From an uncultured delta proteobacterium (lineage in GTDB: Bacteria; Myxococcota_A; Polyangia; Polyangiales; Polyangiaceae): a DNA stretch of 64,000 bases. Under the pieces are notes generated by a model. That model did not search any database, was not told where the DNA came from, and worked only from the letters and a program-made list of their open reading frames with translations. Location: NCBI GenBank assembly GCA_963850305.1, contig CAWKKR010000001.1, positions 672,001 through 736,000 of the forward strand, given 5' to 3'. Shown here one piece after another: positions 42,908-54,645 of the stretch. Position numbers and translations under genes: made by a program. The first letter of the stretch is position 1; each line of letters opens with the position of its first letter.

Positions 42908-43129
42908 ATGCAGCAGCAGCGACGCCGTCGCTACACCCGAAACATCAACATCCGGCTACGCCCCGGCGAAAAAGACAAGATCGACGCCGCGGCGAAGGCT
43001 CTCGGTATTCCCACCTCGTGGTGGATGCGCCGCGTCTTGATGACGGCTGCGGCGGAAGTCGATCAGCGAGAGCAGGAGCAAGAAGACGTAACGCAGCCGC
43101 GTGCGAAGGCTGCGGGTGCTGCAAGGTAA
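42908..43129 (+). CDS. Ribbon-helix-helix DNA-binding protein
   Basis: NINIRLRPGEKDKIDAAAKALGIPTSWWMR; AGGA SD. Confidence 0.75.
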   Translation: MQQQRRRRYTRNINIRLRPGEKDKIDAAAKALGIPTSWWMRRVLMTAAAEVDQREQEQEDVTQPRAKAAGAAR

Positions 43130-43560
43130 AGAGGATAGGAGAGCGACCCGACAGACGCGATCGAGCTAAGCGTTTGCGCTGCGCCATGACGACAAATGTC
43201 AGGGCTCCGCCAGGGCCGGCGCATCATCCGACAGGTAGTTCCATGTGCGTCCATGGACCAGCGGTGCCCGGCTCCTGTGGGGGCTACTTCTCGCGTCCGC
43301 CGCAGGATGATCATCATCTCGTGAAAGGTGACTCCTCGTCGGACGAAGATCTCCGCTACCTTCGCCACGCTCGTGGAGCCGGGGGTGACTTGAGCAACCG
43401 CGTTGCGCCGAGGGCGCCTCCTCGACGGCGGGCGCCGGGCAGTCCGTAGAGCGGGCATGAAAGAGTAGATGCGGTCCAGGTAACGCCGCCTGGGCCACTG
43501 CCCGGACTCCCATCGCCGCACGAAGTCTTCCGGCACTTCGAGGGTGGAGGCCACGTCCTT
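43063..43560 (-). pseudogene. XRE-type HTH protein fragment
   Basis: DVASTLEVPEDFVRRWESG; N-terminus missing. Confidence 0.4.
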
Positions 43561-43744
43561 CGAGGTCGACGGCACCCGCTTCGCCTATGTGTTCTACGAG
43601 AGCGGTCTGTCGATCAACGTGATGTACGGCCTCGACGGCGCGAAGAAGCGCGCCGTCGGGTTCAAGCTCTCCGTCGGCATGGACATGCCCGCCGAGCTTG
43701 CCACGCGCTTCAAGTTCGCCACGCAGAAGTCGAAGCTGGCCGGC

Positions 43745-44388
43745 ACCATCGCCGAACTCGACAAGCACAAGAACGCGGGGACGACGAAGGGGCTGAGGGA
43801 GAGAGCCCGCTCCAGAGTCAAATGGCTCGGCGACGTGCAGGACGGCAAGGTCACTTTGCGGTTCGCCGTGGAGTTCGGGGATCGAGTCCCCGATGACGTC
43901 TTCCTCGACCACGGACTCGACAAGGATCACCCAGATGACCGTCACATCGCCGGGATGCTCGCCCACGGCGATGGTTCAGCGGTTCGACAGAATCATCACC
44001 GCCGACATCGGCATGAAGACTCGGGTCCGAGGCAGGAAGCTTACTTGCGAAAGCCCCGATGACTCCAATCGACTCCCCGACGAGGTAATCCCGAAGTCGC
44101 CCAGCTAAAGAAGGAGAAGGCCGAACTCCTTCGGCAGGTAAACCGACGGCCGGACCTGAAGCTGACGTTCGAGGACGGGGCGAAGGTTCTCCACCACCCA
44201 ATCAAGCTCCCGGTGGAGGCAACCGAGAGGTACCTCCAGAAGGAGCTACTGGAGTACGAGCGAAAGAAGATTCATCCGATCGAGGCCCTCGAAGTCATCA
44301 ACGTGACCACGGGGAAGCCCCTCCGGGTCGAGGGGAACGCCAAGGACGCAGCGACGTACCTCGACGACTACAAGAAGTACCTTGCAGA
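43745..44388 (+). pseudogene. PIN-domain protein fragment, frameshifted and cut by IS66
   Basis: IAELDKHK, DDRHIA, ITADIGMK. Confidence 0.6.
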
Positions 44389-46553
44389 GTAACCCGTGCA
44401 CGAACGACGTAGGGCGCGGCGCTTGCGGAAAGCGCGGCGAGAATGCGTCGGGGGATGACGCGGAGGAAGCGAGCGTGGTTCGTTCTCGGGATGAGACTTC
44501 CGCTCGAAGGGACGCTGCTCGAGAAGCTGCGCAAGATCGAGGCGCTGCATGCCGGGACGAAGATCGACGGCGAGCGAGAGGCGGCGCGTCGGGCAGCAGA
44601 GCGGATTCGTGCGCGTCTGGCGGAGCTTCGGGGTCGAGAGCGAGACGAGGTGTTCCGGTATTCGCTGCCGGATCCGTGGAAGCGGAAGCTGTTCGTGGCG
44701 CTGTGCCGCCGGTACGGCCTGAAGCCGTATCGCGAGCCCGGGCGGCGATACAGCACGGTGCTGTTGCGGGCGCCGAAGACGTTTCACGAGCGCACGCTGT
44801 GGCCGGAGTTTCTCGCGCTCTCGGAGGAGCTCGACGCACACCTGCAGGAGCTGACGGACCGAGTGATCCGCGAAGCGATCGACGAGGACGTGAGCGAGGC
44901 CTCGGACGCGGAGCCACCGAAGGCGCTGACGGAGCGGCAAAGGACGGCGGATCAGCCGGCGAGTGCGGTCGGGGCGGAGAACACGGGCAGCGACGAGCAT
45001 TCGCCGACGTAGAGCTCGGGATGAGCGGCAAGCATGCGATCGGGCAAGAGCTCGCGGAGCTTGCTGTTCGGCCAGCCCTGCACGATGAGCTTGCGTCACG
45101 AGATGGAGGTAGGCGCGCGGGTTGACGTCGTGCGCGATGCAGGTGCGCGACGATGCTGAGGATCGCTGCCGTGCGCTCGCCGCCGTCGTCGAGCCAGGTG
45201 AAGAGCCAGTTTTTTCTTCCGAGGACGAGCCTGCGCAACTCACGCTCTCGGCGATTGTTGGTGAGCTCGATGTTGCCGTCCTCGAGGAACAGCATGAGGC
45301 GCTTCCATTGCCGGTGCAGGTAGCCGAGAGCGCGTACCGAGAGGCGTCTTCGGTGGGATGAACCCACGGTGCTCGTCGAGCCAGGCTCGCAGCTTGTCGA
45401 TGATGGGCATGCTGTGCTCGCGTGCGCCGAGCGAGTCGCTGGTCGGCGGTGTCGCCGGCGAGTGTCGAAGCCGCTCGACCTCGAACAGAGGGGCGATGAG
45501 GCGGAGCGCTTCGAGCGCGAGCTTGTCGCCGCCGCGCGCCGCCTCGACGAAGCGTCGTCGGGCGTGGCTCATGCAGCCCGGGCGCTTGCCGCCGGCGCGC
45601 TCGATGCAGTTGGTGACGCTCGTGCCGTCGCACTGAACGGTGCGGCGACAGGTCGCCGAGGAAATCGCGCACGCTCTGGGCGTCTCCGTGCGCCGAGTAG
45701 AAGAAGCTGACCCATCGCGCGTTGGTCCAGCACCACATGGCTCCGAAGCGGATCCCCTCGGCGACGCTCGGATCGAGCACGGGAATGCCGGTCGCGTCCG
45801 TGCCGAGGTAGCCCGGGGCGCGAGTCTGCTCCGCGATGAGGGCCGCCACGGGCATCGAGCAGATCGATGTGAGCGTCGACGCTGCGTCCGAGCGTTTGCG
45901 GCGCGATCTCGACGCCGTCGCGGCTCGAAGCGCGTGCACTGTCGCTCGATGGGCTGGTGCTCGATGTACTTGTCGCAGGTCGCCTCGACGATGAGGGTAT
46001 CGCCGAGCTTTCCGCGCTCGACGATCGCGGGTGGCGGCAGGGCGGAGACGATCGTGTCGTCGGTCGGGACACGCGACGGTTTCGTCGAGGCGGTGCTCGA
46101 TGAAGATCCGTGCCGGGAGAACGTTGATGGTCTCGCACACCGAGTGCGCGATCGTCTTCATTTCCTTGCCGCACGACGGACAGATCCGCAGCGATGGCCG
46201 GGACGGAGATTCTGCACTTCGACGCGCGGGATGTGGGCGGGGAACGCGCCTCGGCCCCCACCGCCGTGGCGTCGCTTCTTTTCTCGATTGCGTGCTCCGC
46301 GCCGCCGGCAGCGGCTGGCTTTGCACCGGGCGCGACCAGCCCCATCAAAGGCAGCACGAGCTGGCGCTCGAGGCGCTCGAGGGTCTCCGAGCGCGGGCGC
46401 TTGCGGGTAAGATGCGCGACGCGCTTGGTCAGCTCCGAGATTGATGTCGCGCATGCGCGCGATGAGCGACGATGACGGCGACGACGAGCTCGACGAACTT
46501 CATCGCAGCCACCATCTTCTCGAGCCACGCACGAAGGTGCTCGACGTCGGGTG
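44389..46553 (-). mobile_element. tnpC: Partial IS66-family element: frameshifted tnpC (about 44930-46553) plus right end; tnpA/tnpB absent
   Basis: GTAA terminus; CPSCG, DATG, CMSHARRRF, TNNRRERELRRLVLGRKNWLF. Confidence 0.88.
44473..45012 (+). CDS. Hypothetical passenger gene inside IS66
   Basis: Intact ORF LLEKLRKIEALHAG...FVALCRRYGLKPYR; start uncertain. Confidence 0.75.
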   Translation, partial: AWFVLGMRLPLEGTLLEKLRKIEALHAGTKIDGEREAARRAAERIRARLAELRGRERDEVFRYSLPDPWKRKLFVALCRRYGLKPYREPGRRYSTVLLRAPKTFHERTLWPEFLALSEELDAHLQELTDRVIREAIDEDVSEASDAEPPKALTERQRTADQPASAVGAENTGSDEHSPT

Positions 46554-46675
46554 TGGAGACGATCTTCGAAAAGCGCGGCGTTTCGATCGCGGGAACGGGG
46601 ATCGGGTGGTCGTGATGGAAGACGACGGCCCGAGGTCGTCGTGAGCGACCCCGGGCCGACGGTGTAGGGTCGTGC

Positions 46676-47545
46676 TCAGGCGGTCTGTTGCGAGGACTCG
46701 ACGGTGCGATCGGAGCGGCGGGACTTGCCGGTGATGTGGACGAGGAGGCCGCGGTGGACGAGGCGATCGGCGATGGCGGAGGCGGCGGCAGCGTTGTGGA
46801 AGAGCTTGCCCCAATCCTTGAAGGGCAGGTTGGTGGTGACGATGGTGGCGGCGCGCTGGTAGCGGCGGTTGAAGACCTGGTAGAGGAGGTCGGCGCCGCG
46901 AGCGTCGAAGGTAAGGTAGCCGAGCTCGTCGACGAGGAGGAGATCGTAGGCGGCCCAGGCGGCGAGCCGCCGGCTGCAGCGTGTTCCGCGCCTGGGCGGC
47001 GACGAGGTCGTTGACGAGGTCGGCGGCGGTGATGAAGCGGACGCGGTAGCCACGGAGGCAGGCGAGCTGTCCGATGCGCGTTGGCGAGGTGGGTCTTGCC
47101 GACGCCGGAGGGGCCGACGAAGACGACGTTGGCCTTCTCGCGGACGAAGTCGAGGGTGGCGGCGCGCATGACGAGATCGCGATCGATGCGGTCGGGGTAG
47201 TCGAAGTCGTAAGCTGTCGAGGGTGGCGAGCGGAAAGATCCGGAGCGCTTGAGGGCGGCGCGGGCGCGGTACTCGAGCTGGACGCGGAGCTCCTCGCGCA
47301 TCAGGTGGTCGAGGAGCGAGATGGGGCGACTCGTTGCGCGCGATGGTCTTCTCGAGCGACGGCGTCGAGCTCGCGGCGGCGTGATCGAGGCCGAGAGCGC
47401 GCAGGACGTCGTGGAGCGAGAACGTCGCCGAGTGTCTCAGGCGTCGGCCGGATCGGCTCCGTCGGCGAGTCCTCCGTCGTCGGTGGTACCGGAAGCGGGC
47501 GGATTTCGAATTCTTCGGGCTCTTGGAAGAGGGCATCGTAGGTCT
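46676..47545 (-). pseudogene. istB: IstB AAA+ ATPase, frameshifted
   Basis: [34 protein letters not shown]. Confidence 0.9.
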
Positions 47546-49003
47546 CCAGATATGTGGGTCGACGTCGAGGCGTCGGCGGAAGCGTTGCCGGTGACGATGG
47601 GCTCCGGGGGCTCGCCGAGGCCGCGAGCGAAGCGGCTCTGGTCGACAGGGCGCGGACGTAGCGAGCGCCGAAGGTGCGGGCGGCGAGGGCACGCGCCATG
47701 CGCGGCGCCGACTCGGGCTCGCCGTAGAGGACGACGAGGCGGTCGAGCTTGTCGGATTTCGTGTTCGAGAGGTGGATGCGGCGGCGCGCGACTTCCTGGA
47801 GGTAGAGCCGGGCCTCGGTCGAGAGGCTCGCGAGGCGGTCCGTCCGTTTCGGGCCACGAGCGCCCGGCCGCTTGCTTCACGAGAGCGTCGATGTGCGCGG
47901 GATCCTCGATGGCGCGGCGGCGATCCCAGCAGCGGACATGCTCGGCGATGACAGCGTCGTCGGCGACGACGCGCACGCGAGATGTCGTCGGCTCGCACGA
48001 AGACGCTCCGTCCGACGAAGCGTGTGCGGGACGGAGTAGGCTGTTGGTGTCGAGGCGAACGCGGGCTTCTTGCGAGACGATGACGGGGACGACGAGGTCG
48101 GTGTCGGGCATGCGCTCGGGCAGCTGGCGGCAGGCGCGGCGCGCTCGACGCGGAGGCGATCGGCGGGGCGCTCGCGAGTGGTGGCGTGGAGGCGCTGATT
48201 GGCGACCTCGTCGCGCCAGCTGCGCGCCTGCGTGCGAAGGTCGTCGAGGGACGAGAAGGAGCGGCCGTAGAAGAAGGAGTGGCGGATGTACTTGATGATG
48301 GCTTCGACGCGGCCCTTGGCCTCCGGGTAGCGGACGGGGGCGGCGATGGGCTCGAAGAGGTAGTGCCCGGCGAAGCGCGAGGAAGCGTGGGATTGAACTG
48401 CACCGTGGAGCCGATGTGATGCAGGACGACGCTCTTGAGATTGTCGTAGAGGACCTTGCGCGGAACGCCGCCGAAGAACTCGAAGGCGCGCGCGGTGCAT
48501 GCGGCAGGAAGGTCTCCATCCGCTGGTCGAGGGAGAAGTCGAGGAAGAGGGCGCGCGACCACGAAAGCACCATCACGAAGACGCTGAGCGGGCGCTGCGT
48601 CGTGCCGATGCGCATGTGGCCGAACGAGCCCCAGTCGACCTGCGCTTGCTCGCCGGGCTCGACCTCGACGCGCAGGTAGGCCTTTCGCTTTCGAGGCCCG
48701 CGCAGCTGGGCGATGTACCGGCGGAGCACGGCGATGCCGTGCTGGAAGCCGCGCTCGCGAAGCTCGCCGAGGAGGCGCATGGCGGTGAGCTCGGGTAGTT
48801 CGTCGAGCCGCTCGACGAGGTACGGCTTGAACGGATCGACGACGCTCGCTTGCCGGAATCCTGCGCCGACTCGGCGACGTCGAAGACGCGCGGCGAACGA
48901 CGGAGTGGTGGACGCCGAAGCGGCGCGCGACGGTGCTCGATCGCGCCAGTGCTCGCCGAGCACGAGGCGGCGCATCTCGGCGCGGGTGCCCGCGTCGAAT
49001 CAT
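47500..49003 (-). pseudogene. istA: IstA DDE transposase, frameshifted
   Basis: [31 protein letters not shown]. Confidence 0.9.
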
Positions 49004-49389
49004 CGCTGCCCCGTCGCCGTGAACGTGACCAGCCGCCTTCCCGATCCGAAATCGCCCAGCGGGTCGAGGAAGCGCCGCCGGCGAACGAGCTCGCGCGCCT
49101 CGGGGCGCGTCGCCCAGATCACCGAGACCTCGAAGCTACGTAGATCACCGACGAGGAGGGCCCAACGCTCGGGGTGCTGGCGGACGTCCGAGGCGTCCGC
49201 ATCGAGCACAGCGTGCAAGGGCAGCGCGTACCAAGTGGAGAGCGCCTCCAGGAGCGCCGGCACCGCCCTCTCCGACGCCGGCGGGCACGGCAAGATCGCC
49301 TTGAGCGTCGTGCCGTCTCGCGGCGCGGTGAGCATGATCCGAACCTCCGAACCTACCGGCTCGAGCGACATCCACAGCGGTGACCGCAT
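49000..49389 (-). CDS. IS21 accessory hypothetical protein
   Basis: GGAGGT SD; ATGA coupling to istA. Confidence 0.7.
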   Translation of the reverse strand: MRSPLWMSLEPVGSEVRIMLTAPRDGTTLKAILPCPPASERAVPALLEALSTWYALPLHAVLDADASDVRQHPERWALLVGDLRSFEVSVIWATRPEARELVRRRRFLDPLGDFGSGRRLVTFTATGQR

Positions 49390-49711
49390 AGACGAAGACC
49401 TCCACGCGGACTCGCGGCACGGGAGCGACCGCGGTCTGCACACCAGCAATTACCGGCGGCGACGGATCCCCGGAATGGTGTTGCGTCACGCGGTGCCGAG
49501 ATCGAAGGCGAGCGCGGTACGCACGCTGTCGGTCACGGTGATCCAGACGGCCCTCATCGCTGGCCTGGTGCGCTCGCCCCGCGACGCGAACCGCGGCTCG
49601 CCGCGCCTCGCTCGAACAGCGAGGTGAGCAATACCGGAAGCGACGATCGCAGGAACGGCAAAGCAAAAATTCTCCCTGACAGCGCGGGCAGCGCTTCGCG
49701 CGAAGCTCCAC
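49145..49711 (-). CDS. IS21 accessory Cys-rich (zinc-binding) protein
   Basis: CPRC, CRSCDR, YCSPRC, HRDRQRAYR, C-terminal CARC. Confidence 0.7.
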   Translation of the reverse strand: MELRAKRCPRCQGEFLLCRSCDRRFRYCSPRCSSEARRAAVRVAGRAHQASDEGRLDHRDRQRAYRARLRSRHRVTQHHSGDPSPPVIAGVQTAVAPVPRVRVEVFVYAVTAVDVARAGRFGGSDHAHRAARRHDAQGDLAVPAGVGEGGAGAPGGALHLVRAALARCARCGRLGRPPAPRALGPPRR

Positions 49712-49961
49712 GAGCGACGTGAATCGCCCCGGGAAATTGGACGTCCGACGCGACCCCGTGCGATGGGACGCACAGACTCTCGGACGACTTGGCGGTCGTC
49801 CTCGACGGCTCGGAGTGCGATTCCGGGCCGTCGCCTTTTCAGGGCGATCCTACGTCGCTACGATGCCATCCTCAGCTCGGCCAAAATTCCTGCGGCCGGA
49901 GGCTGCGGATCCCGACCAGCCCGCGCGATCGAAACGCCGCGCTTTTGGCAGATCGCTTCCA

Positions 49962-51349
49962 GTGCAGGTGCCACCGGCGTCGCACGTCTCCGCGCCGTTG
50001 CACGCATTGCCGTCCGAGCAGGACGTCCCCGCCGAAGCCGGCGTGTGATGCACTCCGGTGGCGGGGTCGCAGGTGTCGACGGTGCAGGGGTTCCCGTCGT
50101 CGACCGGAGGTGGCGTCCCGGCAGCGCAGGTACCATCGCCGTTGCAGGCCTCGCTGCCGTTACAGTCGTTTCCGTCCGAACACGACGTTCCTACCGAGGC
50201 CGGTACGTGGCTCACGCCGGTCGCCGGGCTGCAGGCATCGACGGTGCACGGGTTGCCATCGTCCACCGCGACCGCAGTGCCGCCGCAACTGCCCGTAGTG
50301 CAGACGTCACCGCTGGTGCAGGCGTTCCCATCGTTGCACGCCGTCCCGTTCGCCACGGCGACGTGCGTGATCCCGGTAGCGACATCACATGCGTCCACCG
50401 TGCACGGATTGCCGTCGTCCACGGGCGGTGCCGGGCCGGCAGCGCAGGCGCCGCTGCCGTCGCAGGTCTCGTTACCGTTGCAGGCGTTCCCGTCCGAGCA
50501 TGCAGTGCCTGCCGGCGCCGCCGGGTTCGAGCAAAGCTCCGTTGCGACATCACATGACCCGACCAGATGACAGGCGTCCGCCGCCGTACACACGATGCCC
50601 TGACACGACGATCCCAGGGTTGGCGTGACGGTTCCGCTGAGGGAGCCCGTGTAGTCGGAGCCTCCCCCTCCCCGCGCGCCCCCCGTGACGTAGGTCTTGA
50701 ACGCCTCGGACGTGCCGGCGTGATCCGAGTTCTGGTACGCGCTCACGTGGTTGTCGTCCACGGGCTTCACTCCGAGCGCGGTGTAGTCGATGCTGAACTG
50801 CGTGTAGACCGCGGCCGCCCAGAGCCAGTTCACGCTGACGCCGGCGGTGTCGCTCTGAAAGCTGCCGAGCCAGGTGACCGGATTGATGCCGCCGGGCAAG
50901 TTGACTGGGACCGAGTAGCTGAGCGCCGTGAGAAACACGTTACCCGAGAAATTCTTCGGCACGACCGTCACCCACTGGCCGAGCGTCGTGTCGAATTGGG
51001 TCGTCGCCGTCGTCGCAGCTGGATCGATCGTGATCTCCGCCGCGGGCACCGGGAGGTCGTAGCTCGCTCCATCGGCAGAGAACTGGATGTGCGAACCGTT
51101 GAAAAAGAGGTGGACCGGCGAAGAGCCGACGCCGTTCACTTTCACGACGCTCGTGAACCAGATGTGGCGTCCCGACGAGATCGCCGTCCCGTTGAAGTTG
51201 GACGCATTCGTCGAGACGGGCGGGGCGGTCACCGCCTGCGCGATCGTCCCCGCCCGCATGCCCGGCGCTGGTGCCGCGCGCTTGCCGCAGCCGATCGCCG
51301 CCAGTGCACACGCCGCAATCGTGATCCCAAGCTTCGCACCCGAGGGCAT
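49962..51349 (-). pseudogene. Cys-rich repeat lipoprotein truncated by IS21
   Basis: Lipobox AIGC; DDGNPCTVDAC / CSDGNACNG repeats stop at the IR. Confidence 0.8.
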
Positions 51350-52116
51350 TCTCAAGTCTCCTCACGGCGCTCCAGCGCCCCCGCGCAACCACGACGCGAC
51401 GAAGGCGACGCCTCCGCACGGCTCTCCCGTCCGACCGCAAGAGTTACACGATCCCCGGCCCGCTAGTCCAGACTGAACGCGCGCTGCTGCCGAGCGCCGT
51501 GGAGGGACACGCGCGCAGAATACGTCCACCCCTGTGGACGGAAGTTGATGGTTCGCTCGACGACGGGCGCAGGCGTCGATCTACCCATTTCCGGGCATCG
51601 CCAGGTCATTTCCGACCGGCGTCGCGATCACGACGAAGCCCGCTCATCGCTGGCGAGTACCTGATTTGGTACTCGCAGGGGCCAGTTCCGTGCCTGCACG
51701 CCCTTGCGTCTTCCCTTCACACCCCCGGCGTGAAGGCGCCCTCCGTCCTCAGGGTGTGCCAGTGAGCAGGCCACTGGGTGGTTCACGATGTTTGAAGAGC
51801 ACGCCGGGGTTCCCTTCGACACGAAAGGTGCCTGGCGCCGCTGTCACCGTCACAGGCATCGACCTCCGCGACGGCGGCCGAATTGTCGCCGGGGCCAAGA
51901 GAGGCAAACCAGCCCCCGCCGTCGACCCGCCGCTCCCCGCCGTCTCAGCGACCGCCCCGGGCCGTCAGGGACGGGGATTTTCGGTACATTCTGGTGTCGA
52001 CGCAACCGCCGGTAGCACGACGTCCCGAAGTTGTGGCAGTGACGCTGCCGCCCCGTAGCACGACGTCCCGGGTCGGCCCAAGTCCCCCTATAGATATAGA
52101 GTAGAGCTTGGAGAGC

Positions 52117-52535
52117 ATGATCGAATCCGAGCGCGCGCTTTCGCGGTGTTCCGCGCACGGGCTCAACCACGACCCGCGCGTCGCGGCGGGGTGCGTCCTT
52201 TGCCAGCGCGAGCGACGCTCGAAGGCGGCGCCGAACGCGAGTGGGCGCACGTGCAGTGCGGTGGCGCTCGTCGCAGTGCTCGCTGTCATCTTCGGGGGGA
52301 CGTGGTTCGCTTACTCGAAGGGGATCTGGGGAAATGTCGACGCGCCGCGCGTTGCGACGGTCTTCGGTGCGGTATTGACGCCGACCGCCCCGCCGAGTGC
52401 CACCAGTGCGGCTCGGTTGCCCGCCTTCGGCGGCGAATTCACGGCGCGGAACGCTTCCGGAAGGTCCGGCTACTTCTTCGTCCCGGCGCGGGCAAGCACC
52501 GGGGCACTGCCGCGGATGGTGGTGCTACACGGCAC
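52117..52535 (+). pseudogene. N-terminal fragment of a membrane-anchored hydrolase
   Basis: TM segment, then YFFVP...MVVLHGTG; truncated. Confidence 0.55.
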
Positions 52536-54645
52536 CGGAGCCGCTCGACCGCATGCCCGGCTTCGACGCGATGCGGATGTTCTACGTCGCGCTCTCGCGC
52601 GCGCAGAACCTCCTCGTGCTCGCGCACCCGAAGGGCCAGGGGCAGAGGGTCGACGCCGAGTTCCACCAACTGCTTCGAACCGCCCCGCCCATCGCGGGCT
52701 TCGACGTGCGCAGCGTACCGAAGGCGAAGCAGGAGCCCGACGCCGCCGTGCGCCGCTTCAGTTACACGAGCGACTTCCTCGCGTACCAGCGCTGCCCGCG
52801 CCAGTACATGCTCTTTCGAGCGCTACGGGTTTGCGCCGAGCCGCACGCAGACGATGTTCTTCGGCAGCCTCGTTCACGCAATGCTCGAAGACCTGCATCA
52901 CCGGATGATCGCCGCGCGCAAGGCAGATCGCGGCGAAAAATTCGGAAGTGCGCGAAGACAAAGGGGGAAGTGGCGCGCGAGGATGGAAATAATTTGGACG
53001 AGGTCCGTGTTTCGTCGGGAGTCGGCCAAGACCACCGAAAAAACGAGGACCTCGATGCGCGAGAGAATACACCTTCAAGCCCGGCTCGTTCCAACCATCA
53101 TCGAGCATGCCCACGCCGAGGAATTGAAACGGATCAGCGGACTGCTCGACTGCATGCCTTTGGCGGCCGAGTTCGTGCATGCCGATCTCGTCCACCCGAA
53201 GACGAAGCGGCTCGGACGCAAGGGCATGCCGGCGGAACAGGTCTTGCGCGCCATGCTCGTCAAGCAGATGAATGGCTTCAGCTACGACCAACTCGCGTTC
53301 CACCTCGCCGACTCCAGCTGCTACCGGTGGTTCTGTCGCATGGGCATCGGCGACCGTCCACCGAAGAAGTCCACCCTGCAGAAGAGTATCAAGCGGGTGC
53401 GAGCGGAGACGTGGGCGGCAATCAACGACATGGTTATTCGGAGCGCTGTCGCGGCCGGCGTTGAGACCGGCGACAGGATCCGGACCGACTGCACTGCCAT
53501 CGAGTCGGATGTCCACGACCCGACCGATTCGACCCTGCTCTGGGACTCGGTGCGCGTACTGGCTCGGGGGATGGAGACGGCACGCGAGGAGTTCGGAATG
53601 TCGTTCAACGACCGACGGCGCCGCGCAAAGCGCCGAATGGTGGCCATTCTCACCGCGAAAAGAATGGAGCGAAGAATCCCGCTCTATCGAGACCTTTTGA
53701 AGGTGAGCGTGGAAACCGCGGAGCAGGCGAAGCGGATCGCTGAGCGTCTCGATGGCGTGAAGGCCACCGACATGATGCAGATGCTGCGCGCGACCGCCAT
53801 CGCCGCGGAGCTGCGCCACTATGGCGATCTCGCTTCGCGCGTGATCAACCAGACGAAACGTCGTGTGCTCGGCGGGGAATCAGTTCCTGCCTCGGACAAG
53901 ATCGTGTCGATCTTCGAGCCGCACACCGACATCATCGTCAAGGACAACCGAGGAGCGGTCTACGGGCACAAGGTCTGCCTCACGACGGGAGCATCGGGAC
54001 TGGTGACGACTGTCGTCGTCGAAAAAGGAAACCCCGCCGACGTGACGCTGGCGACGAAGATGGTGGAGAGCCACTGCGCGCTGTTCGGAAAACCCCCGCG
54101 TCAGGTGAGCTTCGACGGCGGCTTCGCGTCGCGCAGGAACCTGGCCGAGATCAAGGCGCTTGGCGTCAGGGACGTCGGCTTCAGCAAACCCTGCGGCATG
54201 CGCATCACCGAGATGGTCAAGTCGACGTCGGTCTTTCGAAACCTTCGACACTTCCGAGCCGGCATCGAAGCAGGAATATCCTTTCTCAAGCGCGCCTTCG
54301 GCCTCGACCGCTGCACCTGGAGCGGCTTCGCTTCGTTCCGCGCGTACGTCGGAGGCTCGGTGCTCGCCTGCAATCTGCTGATCCTCGCGCGCCACCTGAT
54401 CGCCGCCCCGACGTAGCTGTCGCATCGCTTCCGCGTCCCTGGCGACTCGCGCGCAGCGCGAAGGTGTGCGCGGTCGACCAGAAATTCAGCCCTTCCGTGT
54501 CCTAGTCGTCGACTTCCGCCCCTCGCCGCGCGCGAGCCTCGATCGCGCGCGCGGCCCACGCTAGGATCCGGCTTCACCGGCGGCATTTTTCGCCGCGATC
54601 AAGGCTAAGAAAGATGCCGCGAAGCAGGCGGGGGGTGCGGCATGA
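52535..54645 (+). pseudogene. C-terminus of a UvrD-like helicase, interrupted by an IS
   Basis: Motif VI RMFYVALSRA, FSYTS...CPRQY, FFGSLVH; tail resumes after 54600 (KAKKDAAKQAGGAA*). Confidence 0.8.
52926..54600 (+). mobile_element. Intact IS (ISNCY/IS5-like) with transposase at 53055-54416
   Basis: Perfect 16-bp IR GATCGCGGCGAAAAAT; AAGGC on both flanks; RTDCT, HDPTDS, FDGGF, RAGIE. Confidence 0.9.

Larger units (their letters stand above)
46554..49961 (-). mobile_element. IS21-family element, 3408 bp
   Basis: TG...CA ends; ~38-bp imperfect IR TGGA..CGATCT...AAAAGCGCGGCGTTTCGATCGCG. Confidence 0.9.

Noticed and set aside
52146..54416. Single 756-aa ORF
   Set aside because: Chance read-through of gene fragments into an IS transposase
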